From: Podarcis filfolensis
Taxonomy: Eukaryota
Assembly: GCA_964270895.1 (NCBI GenBank)
Contig: OZ185436.1
Length of the DNA: 64,000 nucleotides
Direction: 5' to 3' (one strand)
The first letter of the stretch is position 1. Every line of letters begins with the position of its first letter. This document shows positions 24,739 to 36,886 of this stretch, one piece after another. Below the pieces are notes generated by a model that was given only the letters and a program-made list of their open reading frames with translations, was not told the origin of the DNA and made no database searches. Both the position numbers and the translations under genes were made by a program.

Positions 24739-25563
24739 TGTCAGGGGCTCGGGAGCAGGAGCACAGGGGAGAGAGGAAATGGAGAGCGAAGGGGAAGAAT
24801 CCGAGGGCAGCGTAGGGGAGTATGACAGTGACCTGAGAGATTCCATGAGCTTCTCCAGCGAATCAGAAGATTCCCAGAAGGGGGCGCCGATGGTCAGGGC
24901 AAGGGGGGTCCCAGGGGGGACGCACCAGAAACAAGGAGCCAGCGGGGAACCCCAAAGCAGCAGCGGGGGATCAGGACCAGTTTCCCCACCAGAGCGTAGT
25001 GGGGGGGAAGAGTCACAGGTGTCAGGACCAGCGTCTCCTCCAGCGGGGAGAGAAGATGAGTCAGGGCTGACCACGCCTCCATCGGAGAGTGGGGGAACGG
25101 AGGGGAGGTCAGTTGCAGCTAGCCTCCCCGAAGGGGGAAGCAGTGACAGCAGCAGTGAAACGGTCAGGAGGAAAGTTGCTGGCTGGGCGCGCGTGCCAAG
25201 TTCAAATGTACAGGCACGAGGGACAGCAGGAGACCCGGATTGGGAACCAGCTCCCAAAGCCCGCCGGAGGGAGGGGGAAGGCTCAGGGGATTCAGCGTCA
25301 GAAGAGTCTAGAAAGGGCGAGACCCCGACGGACAGGCGGAACCAGAGGCGGAAAGAGCAGAGGAAGAGGTGGAGTAAGGCTAGAGTCTTAAACTGGTGTC
25401 TGGGGGGAGGAGACTCAGACGGAGCATCAGCGATCTAGAGTTTGAGACGTAGAGCTGCACGCTGCGGCTCTGGAAGTGAAACTGAACTTCAATAAAGACT
25501 TTCGTACTTAACAACGAAGCGGCGTTGGTCCTTTGTGAGCTGGGACCTCGGGCAGCTCTGACA
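24739..25563 (+). mobile_element. Solo LTR (825 bp, probably Ty3/Gypsy-type) in FLT4 intron 19
   Basis: Termini TGTCAG...CTGACA (inverted), perfect 5-bp TSD CTTAC at 24734-24738 and 25564-25568, AATAAA at 25491, CpG-rich against CpG-poor flanks, no PBS or internal region after it. Confidence 0.9.
24779..25438 (+). CDS. 219-aa ORF inside the solo LTR; acidic Ser/Gly-rich N-half and basic C-terminus; function unknown, coding status unproven
   Basis: Uninterrupted frame, open from the first LTR base; low complexity and a T-poor strand favour chance ORFs. Confidence 0.35.
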   Translation: MESEGEESEGSVGEYDSDLRDSMSFSSESEDSQKGAPMVRARGVPGGTHQKQGASGEPQSSSGGSGPVSPPERSGGEESQVSGPASPPAGREDESGLTTPPSESGGTEGRSVAASLPEGGSSDSSSETVRRKVAGWARVPSSNVQARGTAGDPDWEPAPKARRREGEGSGDSASEESRKGETPTDRRNQRRKEQRKRWSKARVLNWCLGGGDSDGASAI

Positions 25564-25620
25564 CTTACGCTTAAGCCTGCCTGAAAGAAACACACTTTCT
25601 TCTTGACTTCTCTACTGCAG

Positions 25621-25709
25621 GTCCCCTCATGGTTATTGTTGAATTCTGTAAATATGGAAACCTCTCCAATTATCTGCGGACCAAACGGGAAGGATTCAGT
25701 CCTTATAGG
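25621..25709 (+). CDS. FLT4: FLT4 exon 20: [30 protein letters not shown]
   Basis: ctgcag| and AGG|gtatgt, 89 nt. Confidence 0.98.
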
Positions 25710-25769
25710 GTATGTGACTGACATTATCTTGGCAATAGTTCTAACTCTGTTTTCATAGGATAGGCTGAA

Positions 25770-25790
25770 CATCATCATCATCATCATCAT
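25770..25790. repeat. (CAT)7 microsatellite
   Basis: Seen directly. Confidence 0.9.
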
Positions 25791-26616
25791 ATCATTGAAG
25801 AAAGATCACTTGCTTAAGCATGTTTCAGTCCCTCTGAACAAACAGCTGCTGCTTCCCCTGCCCTTGCCCACAGGTTTTGCCTCCTTTACTGTGCCCCCCA
25901 ATTTACTTTTTTCCTTGCTAGGCCCACATTCAGTCTAGGGGCCTGTGCTGGAGAAAGGAGATGAAGGGGTTGTGGTGTTAAGAGCGACAGGACAAACCAG
26001 GATCCAGCATCCTTCCTCACCTGCTCTGCTCTTCCTGCTTCACACTTTCCCCTGCCAGGAGGCCCATAGGCAGCATACCTCCAAACGTCAGTTGCAGGAG
26101 AACAACAGTGGTAGAGGACTGCTGCCCACATGCCCTGTTTTTGCAGCCTTCCCAGGGGCATCTGGTAGGCTGCTGGAATAGAGGGACATTTGTTCAGGGC
26201 TTTCCTGATGTTCACCATAATACTTTACAGCTCAGTAACAAATGAGCCTTCTGACAGCTGGGTCTGCTTCTCCGCTTCTAGTCAGTCGCTCCTAAGTGGA
26301 GGTTAGAGCTTCTGGGCTGCTTAACCTGAGCTGAGATTGAATCACTGCAGCACAAGCATGAAGGCTTTTCCACACTTCCACTTGTACCATGCCTAAAAAG
26401 TATGGATTAAAGCAGTTTTCCCCTGGTCCTGCCCCTTTCCAAAGGAAAACCCAGTGTTTAGCGATAGATCGGAACAAATGGCAATCTGAGGGAAACCCAA
26501 ATCGCTGTTTGCTCAGATTGAGCACTAAATAGAGGGAAAGCAGTGGGACTAGGGGAGATGTGGATAAGCCCACAGTCTGCCTCATGGTAATCCTTGTGAT
26601 GTGGTGTGCTTCCCAG

Positions 26617-26773
26617 GAAAAATCTCCCCGACTACGCGTCCAAGTTCGTTCTATCGTGGAAGCTGTCAGAGCAGACAGAAGAAGTCGGTCTGGTACCACT
26701 GACAGTGCAATTCTTAATAGACTTCTGATGAACAAGAGCCAGGCAGCACCGCCGCCACCACTCATACAAGAAG
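26617..26773 (+). CDS. FLT4: FLT4 exon 21 (kinase insert): EKSPRLRVQVRSIVEAVRADRRSRSGTTDSAILNRLLMNKSQAAPPPPLIQE
   Basis: tcccag| and G|gtaaag, 157 nt, phase consistent with neighbours. Confidence 0.95.
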
Positions 26774-28220
26774 GTAAAGAACTCACTGAATCTTCATGGG
26801 CGGAGGGGAGTGAGGAATTGACATTTAGGGAACTTGAAAGGAAGTGTACAGGATTGATTTAAGCACACGTGAGGGTTGGGCCAGTGGCAGAGTGGATAAT
26901 GTTCCCTTTTAGAGACCTGGAAGCAGATGGAAAGGGAGGCAGCCAGACTTTATGGGTATTCATCACAGTTCACATGCAAGGTGGGAAGAACTCGAGGAAC
27001 CAAAAAGAATGCACTGAAGAGGAAGCTGGGGGCATTGGTCCTTAGCGCCCCTAGTCTGTGTAACAAGTGCAGAGGAGTACAGCCTGCAGAGCAGCCTACA
27101 CTGAGTTTATTGAGAGGTGCATAGGGTAAGATTCCACTCTGTTCCTTGACCATAAAAATCTAGGTTAGAGAGTATGGAACAAAGTCATGGAGGGCCCTGG
27201 ACCTTCCCTTGGAGGCCTGAAGCTCCCTTCAGCAGGCAGTCAGATGACCATGTATCATCTGCAACTTAAATGTGTCCCCTTTATAGAAATTTTGAGGGCA
27301 TTAAAAAACATTGAATGCTAACAATATTTGTAAAAATTAAAGAGCTTTATACAGCTTTACAACTGCACAAACATAAAAAGTGATTGTTCTAAGCACTGCA
27401 TGAGGACAGTAACAAATTCAATCACTTTCATGCAAAATGCATGTGCTTAATGTTGATTAGTAAATATAGATCCAGTTCTCAGACCTTTCCTGTTTCTCTG
27501 TTAGTCTCCCAAAGCTTTTGTAGGAGCAAAGGAATCCCTTCTAAAGAGAATGATTCCTAGGCTTTCCTAGTACAGTAAACCACTGTTCTTACCCCATGAA
27601 TATATATAACTTTCCACAATAAGCTACAGGACTATCTAAAGATGATTAGCCCCTGGTCAAATGGCAAGCTTATAAATCTACAAAGGTCAGCAATCTGCAG
27701 GCAGTACCTCAGCCAAGTAAAATGATTTTCCTAGAGGCAGGCAGTTTTCCTATCTGTCTGGCACTGAAATACAGTTTTTTTGTTCGCAGAAATATTAAGC
27801 CCTGTCTTTATTCTCATCTACAGGCCTCACATCTGCTTGAAGTGTCTCTCATAATTAAATGAATATATCTGTAGGTGTCAGTACCACCTTTCCATTTATG
27901 CGGAGACAATGTCCCTAGTGCAGAGTCCTCATCAATTGTATAAAGTCAGGCTGTGCTTTCAGCAACACAAATGGTTAATGGTAATCATTTTTAATACCAG
28001 GCATACATCTGCACAGGCTTAAGTTCTGTTAAGCTTGTACTTAACCATGCATAGCTTTGTCTTTGATTGCCATCACTGATCCCAGTTATTTGTCCCTACT
28101 TAGCCAGCAAGTCTAAGATTTCTCTAGGACACTCTAAAGAAAATCACTTTAGTCTAGGCAAAAAGCTGGCTGACCTGGAGATAGTTGTCTTTTTGACTGC
28201 CACAAACCTTCAGAATGTAA

Positions 28221-28427
<207 letters not shown>

Positions 28428-28738
28428 TAACAGAGGGGATATAATAAGAGATTTATAAAACAATGTGTGGTGTGAAGAAAATGGGCAGAGAGAAGCATTT
28501 CTCCTTCTCTTGTACTAGAACTTTGAGTCATCCAGTGAAGTGGACTGACAGTAGATTCAGGACAAGTAAAAGACGGTACCACTTCACAAACTGCATAATT
28601 TGTGCTGCCACAAGGTGTGCTGATGGCCATGTACACACTTTATACACATTCAAGAAGGAGCAGTCTAACCATGTTTTTTAAGCCATGGTGGATGATATTT
28701 AGTACATCCAATTTGAGAGACAGTACCCTTTATGCTAA

Positions 28739-29098
28739 GGGACGCGGGTGGCGCTGTGGGTTAAACCACAGAGCCTAGGACTTGCCGATCAGAAGGTCGG
28801 CGGTTCGAATCCCTGTGACGGGGTGAGCTCCCGTTGCTCGGTCCCTGGTCCTGCCAACCTAGCAGTTCGAAAGCACGTCAAAGTGCAAGTAGATAAATAG
28901 GTACTGCTCCAGCAGGAAGGTAAACGCCATTTCCATGCGCTGTTCTGGTTTGCCAGAAGCGGCTTAGTCATGCTGGCCACATAACCTGGAAGCTGTACGC
29001 CGGCTCCCTTGGCCAATAAAGCGAGATGAGCGCCGCAACCCCAGAGTCGGTCACGACTGGACCTAAAGGTCAAGGGTCCCTTTACCTTTACCTTTACA
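28739..29098 (+). mobile_element. Sauria SINE, near full length
   Basis: tRNA-like head with GGTTCGAATCC B box, ACCTTT tail, TSD TATGCTAA at 28731-28738 and 29102-29109. Confidence 0.95.
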
Positions 29099-29695
29099 CT
29101 GTATGCTAATTGTGATCTTGTTCTCCGAGTGTATAGTGAAAACTGCACCATCCACAAACAAGGGAGAGGTAGTGGCATGCTTGGACAGTCACAAAGTTTG
29201 CAGAAGTACAAAAAAATCATTTGCAAAAATCCATAAAGGGAGGGGGTGGATCCCAAAACAGTCCAATGAAGACTGAACATGGTCAGTGGAGACAACAGGA
29301 TGCAGACAGACTGTTGGGGAAGAGGAACAGAAAATGAAGGAGGGGTGGAATGGAATATCCTGGATAAGGGCATGGCTGGAAAATTGATCCACGCTGCCAT
29401 TGTGTGATTGTATTTCAACAGAGGGCTGTTGCTTTCAAGCCCTGCCTGCTCACATTGGGTGACTTGTGAGCAATAGATTAAAAGTCCCTCTCCCCAAAGG
29501 AGCTATTACTTGTGCTGAACATAAGGATTACTAGACTATCTTCGTAGGATCAATGATCTGCTTTTGACTTACTTTGAGAGAAAAGGCCTGAATGAGATTT
29601 CTGTACTTGTTCATAGTTTCTGATATCCCATCTGTCATTTCCACACTGGAATCTATATTCCTGATGATGTCTCTCCTTTTTTCCTTTTCCTTTAG

Positions 29696-29869
<174 letters not shown>

Positions 29870-30644
29870 TAGTCAGTCAGTGCCTTCAGTATATGTTTGC
29901 TTATGACCAATTCTTACTGAAATACAGAGAGGATGTTTATCGTCTGTTCTTATAGTTGATACGAAGAGGAATGGAGTAGAGAAATAAAATGGTTAAGAGG
30001 CTTTGTCTAATGCACTTCCTTGGCACAAAATATGCATTTTGTTCCGTGTAAGAGAAAGACAGTATAGAGGGTAGCACTTAGCCTTGCCATCTGTAGTGTA
30101 GGGCTACTTGATTTCACCTGTCATCTGCAATAAACATCATGCTTCCCTCACCTGAAAGATGTTCATATGTTTTCTGCTTAGCTGTGCATCCCCAACCGAA
30201 TTAAAGCCTAGGTCCCTAGGTCCCTAGGTCCCCTGCTTTTGCTCACAATTATTTATTGCTACACTTTGTATACAGTATTTTGAAACGTGTGTGCAAAACA
30301 TCAGCTTTCTATCTGTTGTGGAAGTATTCATAACCTCATTGAGTTAGTGAGTGAATGAAGCCCAAGCATCTAAGGATTGCAACTCCCATGATTCCTGACT
30401 ATTGGCCTGGGGCTGATGGCCAGCAACATCTGGATGGCCACAGATTAACCACCTCTGATCTAGGTAGATAGTATCAGGCTACAGCTTCCTAATCTGCACC
30501 TAAATAGATATTCACTTGATTTTGTGCCTGTCTGCACGAGCCACTATAGGATGTTCAGAGATTTTTCTGTGGGTTTTCTTATTTAGTTGCTATTAACCTT
30601 TTTCTGAGCTGTAATAGCCATTCACATTTATTTCTCTTCCATAG

Positions 30645-30764
<120 letters not shown>

Positions 30765-31400
30765 TGATGAATAGTTGAACTCTCCCCTGGGCCACCCATA
30801 CTTTTACAAGCATGTGACTTTGAAGGTAGGTTGCTGGAAGGGCCCCCTAAATCTCCTTATTTTACTTACCTTACCACTCCAGTTGCATCTATTCTGCTAA
30901 TTATTTTGGGTTGTCATGCTTGTGCAAGGACTTCCACCTAAGGAATAGGACTCTTTCTCTCCGCATGAACGCCAACCTACCCAGATCTGTTCTGGAGGGT
31001 TCCTCTAACCATCCAGAGGAAATAGGGAGGGAGCTTGGGGGGAGGTAGAGAGAGGAAAAAGAGAGGAAGTCCCATTGAGCAGGTAGATGCAACACTTTGC
31101 TACATGTGACCTGCAGCACACCTGCTTCGGGCATTACAAAGCCTACTTTTGGATCTTAACACCCCTGAATGCATATCCCAGAAACCTCCTGTCTCAAACT
31201 TATCAACTAGGTTTCAATTCTATAGAATTTCTTTACAGAAAGTTAGCCTTTCCTTTTTGTGCATAATTTCCAGTTTTATAAAGGCCTGAACCAATATTGA
31301 CTAGTTCTTGAGCAACATTTTGATTCCAGTACTTGTAGCTTTGGCCCTGTCTAAGTAGGCTACTTCAGATTCCTTAAAGCGAGTGTAAAATAACAGGTGA

Positions 31401-31652
<252 letters not shown>

Positions 31653-31990
31653 TGAGTGAGAGCACTTGAAAACATGGCCAGCAGCAAAAAATAAAAAATA
31701 AAAAATACTGTGGTCAACAAAATATAGTTCCATAGAGGTTCCCAAGGTCTGAAGCATATTTTCTTCCTCTGCTTTGGCTAGTGTGCTGAAGGTTCAACAT
31801 GATATAGCCATTTAAACTGTTTCATTTGCTTCTGTAGTAACACTGCTGGTGCTCAAGTCCAGCATTTACCTTAAGGAGAGGCTTTCCCTTTGCAGCAGTT
31901 TCCAAATTCTAGCTTTGTATTTGATTGACAGTTATAGGATGAAGAGATTGACCAGCTTTATGCAAAGGCTTATTCTGTTTTTCTCTGCAG

Positions 31991-32096
31991 TTACCGTATA
32001 ATGCTAAGCTGTTGGTATGGTGATCCCAAGGAAAGACCAACATTCTCAGACTTGGTGGAGATCCTGGGGAACCTTCTTCAGGAGAATGTCCAGCAT
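31991..32096 (+). CDS. FLT4: FLT4 exon 26: [35 protein letters not shown]
   Basis: ctgcag| and CAT|gtaagt, 106 nt. Confidence 0.98.
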
Positions 32097-32804
32097 GTAA
32101 GTTCTCATTTGTAATCATAGCTCAGAAACCAGCTGCAAAAGCCAGCTATGTGCAAGGAGTTATTTTTTTTGGTGAGCTGCTGAGTAAACATTTAGATACA
32201 GTGGAGATGGGGAGCCTTTTTGTCTGGCAGCCCAACTTTGACAGTTGAATGTGATTAAGTTTAGAAGACTAGTATCAAATCTCTTTCCTCCTCTCTCTCT
32301 CTTCAGAGAGGTTTTCCAACACACATGCTGCCCTCTTTTACCTTAGTGCCTTTCTAATAGTGCTTGGAGGAAAGCTTAAAACCAGATATTGTTTCAGAAA
32401 TATACATCCTTACTTATCTTGTACCCCTTGCCTTTCTTGTATCCCAGGACATTTGGTACAATTGGACTGTAGAGTTGATGCCACCAGCAAATAGTTAAAT
32501 GGGTTGGATGACAGAAGTGGGTGTCCTTACCTTTTATTTGCAAGTCAGGAGATGGGGAGATGAAAGCATTGTTTCACTTTCCGATATAAAACAGTTTGAT
32601 CTATTTGCTTTTCTTATGAAATTCATCTACCTATTATTCCTCAGAAGTATGTGTCTGCACAGGCGTTAACGGCTATCCTCTTTTTTCCTGGAGGAGAAAA
32701 TGGGAGCAGGGGGAGAACTACCGTTTATTCACTCTCATTGTTGCTGCTTCTGGCAAATTCTTCAATTTTCCTGGCACATAACTACTTATTTAAATTCCCA
32801 TTAG

Positions 32805-32944
32805 GAAGGGAAGGATTATATCCCACTTAATGACTCTCAGAGTTCTGAAGATGATGGCTTCTCCCAGGTAGCTTCCTCCATCCAGCAGAATTCTGATGAA
32901 GAGGAATTTGACTTGAGGATGCACTGTCACAATATAGCAGCAAG
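32805..32944 (+). CDS. FLT4: FLT4 exon 27 (C-tail): EGKDYIPLNDSQSSEDDGFSQVASSIQQNSDEEEFDLRMHCHNIAA(R)
   Basis: cattag| and AG|gtaagt, 140 nt. Confidence 0.95.
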
Positions 32945-33859
32945 GTAAGTCCCTGCTGAATCTTGGAAGAGTCAAGCTGAGAGCTGGCCAAACTAAGAAC
33001 AAAGCCTTTTAGAAAGGCAGTATTATCTCACATCAAACATTTTTATATCATTAGGCTACGAACAATATTTTCAACCATAACTACTTCTCATGGATGTTAT
33101 GCATTTGACTTGGACCCCTGCCCTCCCCAAAATACAGTTTATCTGTTGCTTGATAATAAAACAGCAAGATTTGCTCTATACATGTCCAGATAATATACAT
33201 GTGGGACAATAAATACTTTTTGCTAGACTGGAAAAGGTGGGTACCCCAAGCACTAAAAAATGGAAGGCCATTGATGCACAATATTTGTCTTCATCTTGGA
33301 GATGCAAAGTGACAGTAGCTATGGGGGTGGCATAGGAAGAGAGACATGTCATTTCCACCCAAAGCATCAACATCCCCAGTGACAGCTGGTGAATCCTGCT
33401 TCATGTTGCTACATTTAAATCACTGCTGTACTTACCAAGGTTATTCTAAGGGCTAAACCAGGCACTCTATGCAATATATGTGTAGCAGTAGAAGAATGGC
33501 AGGGGGAGGGGGATTCTTAAAATTTCTCTGCCATCCATATTCCTGTTCTAAACCAGCCCTCAACCTGCTTTTCATCCTTGAGGACTGGGAAAAGTGGCTT
33601 CTCCCAGGCTACTTTTCCTTTCCTGAAGCTACATAAATCTGTGTGCAATGTCTACTTAGGCCTTAAACATACTTCCTGAGGAGCAAGGGGAAAGGGTAAT
33701 AACACATTCAGACTGTGCTACTTTTTTTCTGCAGAATTTTATGTCTTAACTGACCCAGTATTGCTGACCAGAAGAGCACAAATGAAGATTTCCTTATTTA
33801 ATGTGTATGTTCCACCAGTATTTTTTCTGATTCACCCTTTACTTTATGTCCTCTCCCAG

Positions 33860-33980
33860 ATATTATAACTGTGTGTCTTTCCCTGGCTGTTTAACTGGTG
33901 GGAATCAGATAAGGTGTCCATCCAGAATAAAGACTTTTGAAGAATTTCCTATGACACAAACCATGTATAAAGCACATCCG
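33860..33980 (+). CDS. FLT4: FLT4 exon 28: [40 protein letters not shown]
   Basis: tcccag| and CCG|gtgagt, 121 nt. Confidence 0.97.
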
Positions 33981-34873
33981 GTGAGTGGAGCAAAGTGGTA
34001 GTGAGACAGAAGGAAAAAATGAAAAATAAACAGTTCAATGTATATTTGTCCATTACTGCAGTCTAAAGACAAGTTAAACTGTGTTTTCTGCCACACTTCA
34101 ACATTCACACAAATTGCTAACACGATGATTTACAGTTGGCATGAAAGCTAGATGTGTATTGAGGAAACTCTTCTAAAAATAGAATATAGGGACTCCCCAT
34201 CCTCATTATATTTAGGCAACTACATCCCAGTTAAAGGTATTTGCTGTATTAATGGTGGTAGGGTGTGTTAATTCAAATCTGCTATTATTTTTGTGATTGG
34301 ACAACATTTGGTTTGGTAAGTCTACTTCTGATGAAGAAGCACATACACTGCTTTCAGAAAACCAAAGAATTTAAATTTTACCTTCTGAAAATTGTCAGGT
34401 AATGCAACATAATAAGAACAAAACAACAACAACTAATAATAACTAATAATAATAAATACTAATATATAATATAACTACAAGTACTTGGCAATCATTTTTA
34501 ATGATTTTATGCAATTTTGCACACATTTTACTTACCAAGCAAAACTTAATTATATTAATTTAACCAAAAGATCTTTTGAATTCCGAAGTTGTGTTACAAT
34601 TTTTTAGCACCCCTCATTTTTGAAAGTTGAAAAATTCAACATGCTCTATAACATGCTTATAAAAATTTGTACAGGCTTCTAAGTTTTACAGGCATATATA
34701 CAAGGCTGAGTTAAGCTCCACTCAGCTCATCATCTGCAGCTGTTCCCTGCCCTACATTTGCTTTTCAGTCTCCATCCATCAGAGGAAAGGTTCCTGGTAA
34801 AAAAAATTCAGAATGCTTGCTCAACAAGGCTGGCACTTCTAACACTTTTTATTTTTTTTCTGCTCCCTTGCAG

Positions 34874-34959
34874 GACAATCAGACAGACAGTGGGATGGTT
34901 TTGGCATCTGAGGAGTTTGAGAGGATAGAAAATAGACACAGAAAAGAAAGTGCATTCAG
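34874..34959 (+). CDS. FLT4: FLT4 exon 29: [28 protein letters not shown](S)
   Basis: ttgcag| and AG|gtactt, 86 nt. Confidence 0.97.
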
Positions 34960-36666
34960 GTACTTGGTTATTTAGATCTCCTCGCTATATCTCACAGCCC
35001 TCAGTAACATACCCAGCAGTGTCCTCTGCAGCAAACCTCACTGCAGCCTCCTGTAAATGTGCTGGGAGCACAGAAATGCAAGCGCATCCATTCTCCTGTA
35101 ACCTGCTGCTGGCGGCAGCATTCCTGATGGCATTTGTAACAAAAAGGGTTGATTGAGCTTAATGGCTTTTGAGTGGAGTCAGTTGACTCTGTGCAAGGAA
35201 ATAAAGAGAGGAAGCATATTACACGGGCATGAAATACAGCAAGAAATCAAGGAGCTTTCCAGACAATCAAGCAGCAAAGGTACAGTTCTTTCAAGAAAAC
35301 ACTTTTCTTGTGGAAATGTCACATATTCCCAATGCTCAAACTGCAATATAATGCCATTGGGAAAGTGTGATTCTTTCCCCAGCTAGTGTGAAATGTTTCT
35401 GTAGTTGTTATGCATTTGACAGTGGATATGACATCAAATGACAACTCAAACCATCAAGGAACTATTTTATGGCTACTTTTAGAACACATAGAACAAAACC
35501 AGGCTAGGTTCCATTGATTTCAGGGAGAGAATTAATCTGTTTCTCCCATTGAAATAATTGAGACTTAGGCTGCTGCCAGATGGGGAGCTCCTAAGCTACA
35601 AGGGGAAGTCCAATTGATTTGCCATACTATCAGGAGTATTGCACTTGTTCTGTGTATACATCCTGTTATGTTTCATTAAGCATAAAATTGACTGAAATAA
35701 ACAAAAAATAGGGACAAACATGATATTCACTGTAATAATTATAATGAATATGTGCTGAGTTGCAATAGGTTCACTTTTCTGATATGTCACTGCCCATGTC
35801 AATACTCTACCCTTTTTAAAAAGATGTAAGAGTAGCACTAAAGGCATCTGTACCTGTGGAAATAGAACCACTACTGAGAAAAGTCAGACTTTCTGAAGTC
35901 TGACAAAGGAGGGAAGAATCACAGGAAAAATACAAGATTTATTAAAGCTCAAAGTGTAACTCAGCTGATATTCAAAACCATTGGTGATACTTAACTGGCC
36001 TATATGATTCCTGGCTTCGTTCAAATCCTCCCATAGAAATGGTGGATAAAAACAATGAAATCCTTGGTGGTGAGCATGAGGTACATCGCTGGTAGGTCTA
36101 AAAGCAATAAGAAAATCAGTATACATAGATACATATTTTTTTGGGTTTTTAAAATGAAACTCCCTGCTTTGAAGAAGTGATATTACAGTGCAATCCTATA
36201 AACTCTATGGGGCTTACTCTCTAGTAAGTCTGTTTAGGGATAATCTGCCAGTAGCTGAATCCAGTTTTCCTATATGAAATCAAGTTCCTGACAGCAATAA
36301 GGTTTACAAAAAAACTACATTCTTGCATCTCATTTCTGGTGCACCACCTTCACTTTCTCATTAGAAAGATGCTCTCTGCATTTATTTATTTAGTTATTCA
36401 GTCAGTCAGTCATTCATTCATACATACATACATACATACTGCCCTGTGCCCGGAGGTCTGAGGGCGGTTCGCAGAAGTCCTCTGTCATGTAACTTCATAC
36501 ATCTTGTAGAATTACCAACCTGCTAAATGGCTAGCTGTGCTTGCCCTGAGCTTTCTGATGCTAAGAACCTTTTTTCCCCCTGGACAGTCAATTAGAATAC
36601 TATCTCTTACTCAGAAGAACTGACTTCCTGTCTCTTGCTCTTTCTTTCTTCCCCCACCCCCAACAG

Positions 36667-36886
36667 CAGTAAAGGATCCAGTCGAAATGCAGAATCAATA
36701 GTGGATCAATCAGACCTGAGGGGTAGGTGTCGGCCATCGTACCAGTCCCAGCTCAGAGGCCAGACTTTTTACAACAGTGAATATGGGGAACTGTCAGAAC
36801 AGTCGGAGGAAGGCAGCTGCACTCCACCCACTGAGGGAGCCAGTCCCTCCCTCCTCCATGCTTCATTCTTTTCAGACCAATACTGA
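36667..36886 (+). CDS. FLT4: FLT4 exon 30, long-isoform C-terminus: SKGSSRNAESIVDQSDLRGRCRPSYQSQLRGQTFYNSEYGELSEQSEEGSCTPPTEGASPSLLHASFFSDQY*
   Basis: caacag| acceptor, conserved FYNSEY docking motif, TGA at 36884-36886. Confidence 0.96.

Noticed and set aside
24646-25257. 203-aa antisense ORF over the solo LTR
   Set aside because: It runs past the LTR boundary into host sequence and is explained by compositional skew; no independent support.
28739-28815. tRNA-like A/B boxes (also at 47239)
   Set aside because: SINE heads, not tRNA genes: they continue into SINE bodies and lack a complete cloverleaf.
28789-29418. 209-aa - strand ORF
   Set aside because: Spans a Sauria SINE and intron sequence; chance frame.
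30208-30231. Short tandem arrays (CTAGGTCC x3; also 19372-19406 and 58020-58118)
   Set aside because: Ordinary slippage duplications with no regular unique spacers; nothing CRISPR-like.
34960-34975. Intron 29 read-through (FRYLVI*) as a short VEGFR3 isoform
   Set aside because: No clear nearby poly(A) element with downstream U/GU signal; the human short form depends on an LTR not seen here.
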